A stretch of 33,597 nucleotides of DNA from Collodictyon triciliatum (lineage: Eukaryota): the NCBI GenBank assembly GCA_043381765.1, contig JBHJMP010001080.1:1-33597 (forward strand). The letters run 5' to 3'. The notes below the pieces were generated by a model that worked only from the letters and a program-made list of their open reading frames with translations, was not told the origin of the DNA and ran no database searches. The translations under genes and the position numbers were made by a program. Shown here in pieces: positions 1 to 14,605 of the stretch. Within the stretch, counting starts at the first letter, position 1. Every line of letters starts with the position of its first letter.

Positions 1-118
1 GAAAAAGAGAAAAAGAGAAAAAGAGAAAAAGAGAAAAAGAGAAAAAGAGAAAAAGAGAAAAAGAGAAAAAGAGAAAAAGAGAAAAAGAGAAAAAGAGAAG
101 AGAAAGAGAAAAAGAAAA
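1..118. repeat. (GAAAAAGA)n purine tandem repeat, intronic in INTU
   Basis: Directly visible. Confidence 0.95.
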
Positions 119-122
119 ATAC

Positions 123-3750
<3,628 letters not shown>

Positions 3751-3790
3751 CGAGCTTTTTTATACAGGAGCGAGTTATTTTGCCTTCTCC

Positions 3791-4190
3791 GTTTTTTTTT
3801 TGTTTTTTTTTGTTTTTTTTGTTTTTTTTTTTTTTTTTTTGTTTTTTGTTTTTTGTTTTTTTTTTGTTTTTTTTTTTTTTTTTGTTTTTTTTTTTTTTTG
3901 TTTTTTTTGTTTTTTGTTTTTTTGTTTTTTGTTTTTTTGTTTTGTTTTTGTTTTTTGTTATTTGTTATTTGTTTTTTGTTTTTTGTTTTTTGTTTTTGTT
4001 TTTTGTTTTTTGTTTTTTGTTTTTGTTTTTTGTTTTTTGTTTTTTTTTTTTTTTTTTGTTTTTTGTTTTTTGTTTTTTTGTTTTTTGTTTTTGTTTTTTG
4101 TTTTTTGTTTTTTGTTTTTTTGTTTTTTTTTTTTTTTGTTTTTTTTTTGTTTTTTTTTTTTTTTTTTTTGTTTTTTGTTTTTTGTTTTTT

Positions 4191-4245
<55 letters not shown>

Positions 4246-4332
4246 TTTTTTTGTTTTTGTTTTTTGTTTTTTTGTTTTTTTGTTTTTTGTTTTTTGTTTT
4301 TTGTTTTTTGTTTTTTGTTTTTTGTTTTTTTT
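3791..4332. repeat. Poly-T tract with interspersed G
   Basis: About 540 nt composed almost entirely of T and G. Confidence 0.95.
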
Positions 4333-4349
4333 CTACTCTTGGAATATAG

Positions 4350-4950
4350 TTACAGTCGATGAATAAGTGAGGTTCTTTTGAATGAGTGAGCGAAAGCATG
4401 AAAAGCGGCCGGGTAGACACCATTTCCAGCAAGGAAAGAAGGTCAACATCGTGCAAAAGCAACTGCATTAAGAACAAAAGTGATCAAGAGCCGACAGGCT
4501 CCTTCAAGGAACAAACTTTGGGTTTCGATCCCATCAGAACCAAGTCTGGTAAGGAGAAGTTCATGCTTTGCAGTGGCCCTCTGCCTCTTATTTTTTCATG
4601 GCTCCGTTCATTTTCGCTTCCATCAACTCCTGGGGTTGCAGACGGGATTGTTATGCGGCCCACATATACAAGTCAACCCTGCCACACTGAGTTTGTGTGA
4701 GGAAAAGAAGAGTCGAAAAGGGGATAGAGACATGCTCTTCGCTTAGAATATCCCAAGCCCAGGGCGGTGCGCGCTGTGTCTCTCCGAGTTCGTGAGTGCT
4801 GCACTCTGTTTGCTTGTGTACCAGTTATTATAAAAACCCCATGTCCAGCTATATCTGACTTGTTTGTGAGCTTGGATGAGACCTTAAACCATTCAGCGAC
4901 TGCACAAGGCGATGAAATGACGAGCGTTCTGGTGAGATGGGGAGCTCTGC
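4350..4950 (+). ncRNA. Candidate structured non-coding RNA element (left flank of the sacsin-like gene), family unknown
   Basis: GC-elevated with no convincing ORF. Pairings: AAAGCATGAA 4393-4402 / TTCATGCTTT 4560-4569 (perfect 10 bp), GAGCC-GACA-GGCTC 4488-4501, 4601-4617 with 4909-4925, and CAACTC-CTG-GGGTTG 4624-4638. A T6 run lies at 4591-4596. Confidence 0.4.
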
Positions 4951-5029
4951 AAAACACACGCATAAAGAAGAAACAATAATATTGTGTAACACACAAAGGC
5001 ACCCAAACATAATCCCATTCCTTTATTGC

Positions 5030-5161
5030 GTTTGTTTGTTTGTTTGTTTGTTTGTTTGTTTGTTTGTTTGTTTGTTTGTTTGTTTGTTTGTTTGTTTGTT
5101 TGTTTGTTTGTTTGTTTGTTTGTTTGTTTGTTTGTTTGTTTGTTTTTTNTTTTTTTTTTTT

Positions 5162-5196
<35 letters not shown>

Positions 5197-5202
5197 TTTT
5201 TT
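5030..5202. repeat. (GTTT)n followed by poly-T
   Basis: Directly visible; contains a single N. Confidence 0.95.
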
Positions 5203-5436
5203 GGGGTGTCAGTTTGTTGGGTTAAAGGGGGATTTTTTTTTTTGTGAGTGCCTCTGTTCGAATGGTTGGTTGAAGAGCGGCAGAAAAGGGCATCTTGGTA
5301 TTCTTTGGGTGATACTGGCCAAACCTATTGATGAACATAGATATGCTAGCATGAAAAATAAGGATAGAAATTGAGTCTTGTTTATGATTTATAAGTTTCT
5401 ATTTATGCTTTACCTCTTTATTATTGCCAGAGGTAC

Positions 5437-8400
5437 TTAAGTTGGTGCTTTGGAAAAAACATCTATCTGTGGCAATGAATCCAAAGTTATAAAGTGCTCA
5501 TACACGAAGTCGTATGAATCTCTTGTCTTCTCTGGAGAAAGGAGTGTCGCTATAAATTGTTGGGCTAGAAGTCCTTTTCTATCTAATCTTGAAGGAATAG
5601 CAGTATTTGTGATATATTCCAGTAGCCCGTGGGATATAGCAGTGATATATCCGAGTGAGTTATCGCTCGCAATTATTATTTTATCCTCGCCAATCTTGTA
5701 CGGAAACAGATTGAAAGATTCCTGAATTAATATCTCTGCAGTCTCGAATCCTCTCAGGCGCAGCTTCACTGGTATATCTGCACTTGGGACAGTATAAATT
5801 TTCATATCACGTAATTCATTTCTTGGTGCGGGTATTCCAATAAATTTAAAAAACTTCAGCACTACTTCCCGAAAGCATGGGTCATTTATTTTTTCTTCAA
5901 AATCAGTGAGTTGTCCATGAGTTTGTTCCTTAAATTCGAAAATAGAGTCTACAAACTCAATATGCTCATCAACAGGCCTGATGCTCCATCTTTCCATAAT
6001 TCTGTTTGAGACATCTCCTATGAAGAACGATGTATCAAAGAAATGAAATCCTTTTTCATTCAGAATCTTATAATTGAGTGACTTCTGCACCAGCAGATCT
6101 GAGTGCAGAAGAAACAGTTTTCCGTCCTGAATCCTGTTTAAATGAAACTCTTTTGTCAATCTGCCGTTCTCAGAGTACCCTTTGACAGGAAAAATAGGGA
6201 ACTGTTTTTGTATCCTTCCTAAAATCGGCTCCTCCTTAAGCTCTTTTGAATAGATGGACTCATAACATGCTTTTAATGCTTCGTGATTTTTCAGATCGAT
6301 TGTGGTGTTTTCATGGGCTTTTATCACATAAAGAAGCTTTTCTGCTTGTAATATGTCGATGTTATCGTTCACAACCATATTTTCTTTCTTTAGTTGTATG
6401 ATAAGACTTTTGCGTACTGATGCTGCTAATAATTCAATACCTTCATCATGTAATTCGTAATTACTAACATCGATTAAGTAATCCAATGAAATTTCCCTTT
6501 CGACAAAAGATGGTAAAAGGTAAAATCGGATGCTGTCTTCTATTTTTTTAGTCACAAAAATGCAGTCCAGTATGGATGCATATTGAACGGGTTCGACTCG
6601 ACAACATATTGAATCTATTATCTCCATTCGGGTCATTTTTTTAGTTTCAGTTTCTCCTTTATCAGACCAAATTATGGTTGGAGTGTCCTCGTTCCAGGAA
6701 TCAAAAGCTGATTTTTTAACATCAAAATAGAACGGCGTATCACTTACCACTCGACGATATTTTTCAGTCATGCTTGTTTCTTCAGATATCACTGGAATGT
6801 AAGGTATAATATTACCAATCAAAAGCTTCCAGTTAAACACGTAGTCTGGTGTGATTTGACTATCAAACAAACGTGATATCACAATGGCCCTCAATGGTCT
6901 CTGACCAACGAAAAAAAAGAAATTTTCTTTGGTTGTACTTTCGTCTATGGAGGCGTAAATATCAGGCAAATCATCCATATTAATTGTCACCGATGAATCA
7001 AAGTTTCTGCGCGAAAAACAAGGTATAAATGCTATATTCTGTATCCTAGTTTTTACCTTCTCGATGTCAGCTTCTCTACATATATTCAAAAAATGAAATA
7101 TTTCATCCACTACTCTTTTAGCGTTCATGAAATTTTCTTTTGAATTAAGACCAAAGGCTTTCTCTACAAGTTCTAAGCATGTAAGAATCTCATTCAAGGT
7201 CGGTTGTCTAAACACAAGAAGAGGATATATGCTAGTCCAAAACTGGTGTCCTCTAGGGAATTGTTCTTCAAGCAAACGGTAATCGTCCAGTCTTGCTCCT
7301 AGAGGAATGGCAACTTTTTCAATAAATTCATATATCTTTCCTATGACTTTTTCTGGTGTGAGAAGAACTCTTCCTTTTGGAATCCAGGCTTTTTGGTTAA
7401 GTTCATTTAAAAGAGTCCCATAATTTGGATTTACTATGGAATGCATCCATCTTGACAAATGAATTCCAAAACCAGATATTTTATCAAGACATGAGAAAAA
7501 ATCACTGGATATCAGTCCTTTTTGCAGAAAAGTAATGGCTTTTTTCACAACACAGTCAATAACATCATTTGTTACTTTAATACCAAAAACTTGCTCGTAG
7601 ATGATTTCCTGAACACTGTTGTAAACAAGAATGATGGATGGCATCACAAATACTGGTATGTAGGATCGTTTTTCAGTAAAATATTCCTTTTTCATAAGAA
7701 TGAACTCGCTCCAATCGAAAGCATAGGGTAATACCCCTAAATGCTCGTCAAAGTTCATATGTATAGGCCATTTTGAGACCGAACTGATAGCATCTTTATC
7801 TCTATATTCCTTTAGATTCATATTTCTATATAATCCATATATTACTTCCCATACTAAATTTGCTCTTTCTATAGTCAGAGTGCTGCCAATCATAACAGAA
7901 TCGAGAAATTTAAGCCTGTCTCGAGCAAGGTCAGGTAACTTTTTTAAATCTTCAACAGGAAGTAAATCTGTGTCTGCCTCAATAAGGTCAGGGATGAGTG
8001 ATGTCAATTTTTTATGAGGACTGATATATTTTTTATCGTAAAATTGATTTCTGAATCGAAATTTGTAAATGACAGTAATTTCTTCTCCGGCACGCACGAT
8101 TGGAATCATGAAAGAATTTTCGTCGATTTTTCTTAATTCCAACTCCCTTCTGCGTATTTTATTCCACACTTCAACGTACCATTTGTACAACTTTCCAAAT
8201 TTCTTGATATTAATCGAACTTCCATCAATCGTGATTACATCATCGCTTAATTCTTGGAACTGGAAAAGGCTGGAGATGGATTCCATGGAAAAAGGAACTA
8301 TATAAGGGACTTTCTTGAGAGCATTTTCATAGTATTCGATCAATTCTTTGTGTAGAATACGCTCATGCAATTTATTATCTCCCCTGTCTCTAATAATGCT

Positions 8401-11400
8401 CCTCTCTGATTCGTCTTTACAGTAAATGTAAGGTTTTTCCAAAATAGAGCCAATAAAATTGAATAAGCCTGTATCAGAAAATAAAAATGGCAAGCCATTT
8501 AAATCAAGGCTTTTATCAATTTTGGGCAATTCTCCCAAAAGTTCAGCAATGTCCTTTGATTTTTCAATAAAATTCCGACATTTAATAATGTCACCCAACT
8601 GAAAATTCTTTAATCCTTTAATAGGATTTAAGTAAAATTTGATTTTATCAATAATTCTTTTCATAAATGTAATGGTGTGTTCTTCCAGACGCAAAAGAAG
8701 GTGATTATTGCTGACTTCAACTATTTGAACTCGGGTCGATAGAAATTCGATGGTTCTTTTGATAATTGGATAATTTCGAAATATATTGTTTAAATACCCA
8801 GAAGCAACAAAATAAATGTCGTTTGAAAACTCTGAAAATTTTATTACCGAACTATCCGGATATTTCATCACAGGAAATAGAATACCTGAGGAAGGTTGGA
8901 TACATAGTTCTATTATTTTTTTGCAGAAATCTGGCATTCTCCGCACTTTTGCATCTTTTTCAGGCCAGAGGGAATAATATTCGACATTATTGTATTTTTT
9001 TTCTCCGCTGACAAATTTCATTTGGTGTTCTACCAGCACATGTAAATATGCCTCCAGTAGTAAGTTCCACAGCATCTCGTTCCAGGACTTCAAATCCGCG
9101 TCATTTTGCTCGTAGTAATTGGATCTACTCGATTCCAGAGCAAATGGGGCGTGAACCAGCACTGGTAGAGTTTCTTTGAAAGACACTGGTAGAGGAAGAA
9201 GGCAATACACACTGCCCAGAATCTGTCTTGTAATAAGGCTATCCAGTTTTGATTTCGGAACACATATAGAGATATGAGGTATTGATTTGATTTTGCTACC
9301 TCCATGACCATCTTTCGAGCAAAGCATTTTCTCCCATGGCTTCAGAGATTCAGGAAATTTGGTCACAGTAAGCCAATCCGATGATTCACAATATGTTATT
9401 TTTTGTCCGTCTTCATATTTTTTATATTCTATCATATGATATTTAAAGTGCGTTTCTATTTCTGATGACGGGACATTAAATTCACCTTTTTTAATTCGAT
9501 CGTTGAAAATCTCCAGTATTTGGCATAATTCTTGTGTAGAAGACCTAAGGGGTCTTTCTGGTCTCGACTCAATATCTGTGATATCAAGACTGAAAACTTT
9601 TCTCAACTTTTTACCCTTCAATATAGAGAATCTTATGTGCCTGACATGCCTGAGAAAGTAGCAGAGGGTACTGATGCCCTTTGAGAATTCATCTATCATC
9701 GAATATATCTCCCCAGTGTCAAACTGCTTCGAGTTTGCAATTACACTCGTCGTTGGTTTCTTCAGTTTTTCAATTTCTTGGCCGCGGAAGGGAAGTCTAA
9801 AATATGTCAAATGGTCCCCTTGATTCGGATAAGATACAAAATTCAAATTTTCTTTTGATGAAATAATATGTCTTATTGTAAATGGGGCTAACAGACTCCC
9901 TTCTTCAGACGGATGATAATAAATTGCACCACCTTCATCAAACAGTAACTTGCGCGGGTCCATTATGCAAATTTTGTCATCAAAAATGATCACTGGGTTG
10001 TCAGTTATATGAAATACACTGTTAAATCCAATACCAAACTGACCTGTGAATTGTCTATCCTTTGCATCCGACGAGCCTATTTGTTGAATTCGTTTGAAGT
10101 CTTGGTCTTTGAACTCTGAGTCATTAAATACGCACAATGAAACACCCAAAAATGGGTCAGGAAGGCCCTCATTTGATTCTAGAGGAAGACACTTTTCGTA
10201 TTTGTTTTCGTCAAAAACAAAGTGAATGTTTTTAGCCTTCGCATCATCGGCATTTTGAAGAAACTCTTTGAAAATGGTATCTGGCGTGTATTCTCTGAGA
10301 ATTTCATTAATTCTGTCACAAACAACAACATGTTGGCTGAATCTTGAAAACTCCCTACCAGCCTCTTGGAGCATGTACCTGTCAAACAGATGTACATTTT
10401 TGGTCTTTTGGAGTAAACCAAATAGTTTATCAGTTAACGTTTGATGTACAAGATAAAGTCCATCCATTCGTGACATGTGGTGTGATTCTGTTATCCTCAT
10501 GTATATATTATCTTGGACTGGTGGGAACAAATTTAATTCCCCTTTTTTGCAAATTATAGGAAAGTCATCGGGTAATATATCGTCATCAAGAAGGTATTTG
10601 GAAAATTGCAATGTACTCTTAATTATTGTATCTACTGAATCATTAATACATACACCTCTACCGAAGGAACGAAGGTAATTTTCAAGGATGAGCTTTTCCA
10701 CTTTCTTCTTCATGAAGGATACTAACCACGCAGATATATTCTCTCCATTATACTGAAGAAATTCATTACATGGATATTTATCACTTGACAACAATTTACT
10801 CAGTGAGCCTATAGATATTCTGTCATATAATTGAGATAAAGAGCTGAAGTGAGATTCTTTAGACGTTGGTATCATTATAACTGGCACAATTTCTTTAACT
10901 TGTTGGTTGTGATAATTTTTGAATGCATATGGAACTATGAATTCCTTCGTAATCTTGTTTTTTATCTCAAAGTTGTCTGATTTGGAGCAGAAATCAATGC
11001 AGCCTTTCCATATTGATAGCAATGGTACCTCCTTTTTATGGATTGTATCTTTGAGTCTCCTATCTAATCTGGCCTTTTTAAGTATTTCTCTTGTTTTTTC
11101 ACATGTAATAGAAAAATATGAAACTGAGTCTATCATTTTAACAGCTTCTTGCACATAACTGAACATTTCTTCTTTTGACTCTATGCCAGAAATGACATAA
11201 GTGCTCGGGTCCATCAACGAGGAAAATTTTTCATTCGTTGTATTGAGCAGAGGAATATTCGATACCAACTCAAAGTTTAAAAGATGTGATTTGTGTTCCA
11301 TTAGGCCGAAAAATACCTTTTGTGCCAAACATAGAAGACTGGTGTCGCCTTCTATGAGACTAATTTTATCGTCTAGAATAGTTATGAACTCATTCAAAGT

Positions 11401-13821
11401 AAAGAAACTGGGGACTTCAAAATCGTCCACATTTTTCATTATTCCGTCGAAAATCAATAAATTCGATTCGTTCCTTGAAATGAACGATATACAAAATTTT
11501 CGCGATAATTGTTTGATTCCTTCAGTTTCTAGAAGTAGCAGTCCCTCATCTCCTAGAACTAATTTTTTACTCAGTAAAATGATTTAACATTACAGTGATT
11601 AGAATGTTCAAACTGATATGAAGTATAACTTACGAAATGTGTGCCTTTTGAACTCTGCTTTCCAAGGAATGTTTTCTTCCTCCCCTTTGAAGTTTTCTAT
11701 AGGTATGATACTGAAATTGCATGCAATATTGCTCCAGAATTCCATGTAAAGGTGAGGTTCATACTCGTTTAATTTTATGAATTCATTGCTCCAGGACCAG
11801 ATTAGCTCGACCTGGTTTTCGTTAAGTTCTTTTTTGAGCGCAGATTTCACAATCGAAAAATCCAGAGTCTTTGTATTCAAAGCTTTCTGAATTACGACTG
11901 AATGACGTTCAATAAGAAAAGAGACATTTCCCAGTAATTCTATCATATTTAACTCTTTTTCTTTTAGTTCCGCTTCTTTATTGAAAACGAAATATTCTTC
12001 TCCTGTAATACATATACCATCTCGAAATGTAGGAGCAAGTCTTAAGCCTGGCACAATTGTTGGCGAGTTTGCGGCTGAACCTGGGTCGATTATCCATTCC
12101 ATTATTCTGATGCATGCATTCGGCTTCAAATCCCTGAGTGAGTCTCCCTCGGAAAATAATTTCAATTCTGATATGATTCTCTCTCGATTTCCATAGGATA
12201 TGTCAAAAAACTCTATCACCGTCTTTGGAACATGAAAAGAAACGACTTCTATGAGAGTATTGGGTATTCTCTTGAGATATGTCTGTGAAAATGCTCTGTT
12301 TTTTGGATCATCTTCAAGGTAAAGTATATCATCAGTTGGCTTTCTCCATACATTAGCACATCTTTCTTTTTGCGCATAAATAATATCGCATGTCAGTAGT
12401 TCTTTCTTGACTGATTCACTTATTATATTTCTCAGAGCCGAGAACTTATCTTTCAGTTCTTCTTTGGGATATATCCAGAGATTATAAAAAGAAGCAAATC
12501 TTTTCTCTCTTTTTATACCCGGAAAAATCTCATTCATATTCGTTTTTACGTAGAGAATCAAAGCGACTGCACAATTCGATACCATCAACTCACTCAACTT
12601 TGCATTCCACGTCACTTTGTGCTCTATCACAGAGCCAGACCCGGTTGTTGTAGTGTGTATCGATTTTCTGTCGGGTGCCACTTCAAAAGCAGCGTTAATG
12701 TGGAATGGAGAATGCGAAGGAATACCCAAAGGTAATGCACAGTATACTTGACCCTCAAACAGGCGCTCACCTGTAGGTGCATATTGAGGGCTGATTGGGT
12801 AAGAAATTGATGCCCATGCTTTAATGGAGGGTTGGCTTGATTTCTTTTTTGTATTTCCATTGATAAATCGTTGTAATTCTTCAATTTCAGACGGGATTTT
12901 GAGACACTCGCTAATTAACCACCGACTGTTGTTGCTTGTTACTTGTGGAGTGTAATGTTCTATTTTTGCTCTTATATCATATATTCCCTCAGCGAGCTCA
13001 TTAACTGTTTTTTTTAGCCTGAATTCCAATACTGGCTCGTCCTGCTGATCGTGAAGTGTATAGACCTCCACTTCACAAATATTTTTCAGAAACATTATCA
13101 GCTCCTCGCAATTAGCTTTTAAGTTATCCAAAATCTCTTGGATTTCATCTGCCGTTATCGGCCTGCTGGGAATCCTGCACGATAATAGGCTTTCAGTGTT
13201 TTTTCTTAGAGGTAGGCGAAATACGGTGTAGTTGTCTCTATCCACTTGGTCATCGTGAAGTTCAAATGAAGGAAGGTAAGAAATAAGAGGCCCTAAAGTA
13301 TCCCTGGCTTCTTTAATTCGTATACCAGGATTACCCTCATCTTCTTCTGGATCGATAACGTAGTTTGCAGTCGGGTCGAATATTTGCAAAGTGTTATTAC
13401 TCAAAATAATGGGTGTGTCTGTGATATTATAGCAGCTGTTAAACCCGAGGCCATATCTGCCAATCTTCTCTGGGTCATCTTTTTTAGACCCACCTCCAAT
13501 TTGTGTTAGTCCTTTCCAGTCTTGATCTCTGAAGACACTGTTGTTGTAGATCACAAGGGACTCACAGTTCAACACGTTCCTTAACTTCTTGGAAAACTCT
13601 GTCCATCTCTCGTCCCTCTTTTCTTCATTTTCGATGAGTGTCGATTGCTTCGTCCTCAAATCGAGATAGAAACGGATGACCGAAGCCCTAGCATCGTCGG
13701 CGTTTTGAAGAAATTCTTTGGCAATGCCATCAAAATCGTTGTATTGCTGCAAGATCGATATCAGACGGTCGACCAGAGGTTCGGTCTTTTGGCCCACCCT
13801 CTCCATCAAGCTGCCACACAT
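5437..13821 (-). CDS. Sacsin-like protein, about 2,770 aa, two SRR (Hsp90-like GHKL ATPase plus middle domain) modules, single intron
   Basis: The 737-aa and 2006-aa ORFs are in the same frame and are joined by a GTAAGT...TAG intron at 11633-11559 (75 nt); the frame is open across the junction. Sacsin motifs occur twice: GQKTEPLVDRLISILQQY / FSQHVVVCDRINEILREY, KEFLQNADDA in both, GRYGLGFNS / GQFGIGFNS, TVFRLPLR / TYFRLPFR, VYCALPL..PFHINAAF / VYCLLPL..PVLVHAPF. An alternative start ATG lies at 13806. Confidence 0.9.
11559..11633 (-). other. Spliceosomal intron of the sacsin-like gene
   Basis: Donor C|GTAAGT at 11633 and acceptor TTAG| at 11559 (an alternative in-frame CTAG lies at 11553). 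Splicing removes the in-frame TGA at 11610-11608. Confidence 0.85.
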
Positions 13822-13900
13822 ATTGGGTTAGAAGCTTGGATAGTTAACGAGTGGGTGCTATCAATACTCGAAAGGATAATCGTGTAATCAAAGCTTAAGT

Positions 13901-14055
13901 CATTATTATTATCATTATTATTATCATTATTATTATCATTTTTATCATCATTATTATTATTATCATTATTATTGTTATTATTATTGTTATTATTATTGTT
14001 ATTATTATTGTTATTATTGTTGTTATTATTGTTGTTATTATTGTTGTTATTATTG
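13901..14055. repeat. (ATT/ATC/GTT)n trinucleotide microsatellite upstream of the sacsin-like gene
   Basis: Directly visible. Confidence 0.95.
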
Positions 14056-14109
14056 TGTTAGGTATATCGTTGCCAGTTATTGTGTTAGAGCAGCTGCAGC
14101 ATAACTCAT

Positions 14110-14605
14110 GGTTGAAGCAATAATCGGTGAAAGTTGTGAGACCTATGTTGCTTTATACCCAGTCCCATTTTATACGGCACGGGTATGGGAAACAACATAA
14201 TAATTCGACTGCGCCAATAAGGAGCACTCTAGAAAACACATAAGAAAATCATGCGCATATAAGGAAACAACATAATAATTGGACTGCGCCAATAAGGAGC
14301 ACTCTAGAAAACACATAAATAGCAAAAGCATGAGCATCTGGTTTTCGCTCTTGACAATCTCGGAAAGGGTGAATGTCATTACTTCTCTTAGGGGAGACAG
14401 AGCAAGACCCAAGCACCTTGTTGCTAGTGACCATTACTGCCAGGCGTTCGTGAGTCTGGGGCTGCACTAAGGCAGCAGCGGTTTATCGCTACTAATCCTT
14501 CATAAAGTTGCGCTTTGTAGGATTAAGCTCTAAAACTGTGCTGATGTACAGGTGTTTGCAAGCAGATGCCTCGAAAGGGCGGAATGTATATCTAAGCGAA
14601 GCCCT
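14110..14605 (+). ncRNA. Candidate structured non-coding RNA element (right flank of the sacsin-like gene), family unknown
   Basis: 14340-14603 is tiled by about 9 near-contiguous hairpins and closed by GGTTTTCGCT (14340-14349) / AGCGAAGCC (14595-14603). G-U wobbles consistently favour the + strand. Further hairpins lie at 14115-14153 and 14155-14186. Confidence 0.5.
14188..14318. repeat. Direct repeat: two 56-bp copies (14188-14243, 14263-14318), period 75, one mismatch
   Basis: GGAAACAACATAATAATT(C/G)GACTGCGCCAATAAGGAGCACTCTAGAAAACACATAA occurs twice. Confidence 0.95.

Noticed and set aside
4749-4925. Twister-like TCCCAAGCCC, group I R-like TTCAGCGACTG and 5.8S-like CGATGAA motifs
   Set aside because: These are isolated short motifs; the required partner elements are absent or in the wrong order.
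11559-11633. Sacsin as two genes, a pseudogene or a readthrough
   Set aside because: A canonical in-frame 75-nt intron explains the split.
5436-13900. CTTAAGT at both ends of the sacsin ORF as a target-site duplication
   Set aside because: It is a 7-mer in AT-rich DNA, with no terminal inverted repeats and no transposase.
13901-14055. Poly-Asn coding exon upstream of sacsin
   Set aside because: The Asn frame has a TAA immediately upstream and does not join the sacsin frame.
14188-14318. CRISPR-like repeat-spacer-repeat
   Set aside because: There are only two copies, the repeat is longer than the spacer, the context is eukaryotic and no cas gene is present.
14526-14536. GTTTTAGAGCT on the - strand, matching the start of the Cas9 repeat/sgRNA
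   Set aside because: Only 11 nt match with no continuation, which is compatible with chance.
14541-14577. Hammerhead-like CTGATG...stem...GAAA
   Set aside because: The core reads CUGAUGU rather than CUGANGA, and no convincing stems I and III or cleavage triplet are present.
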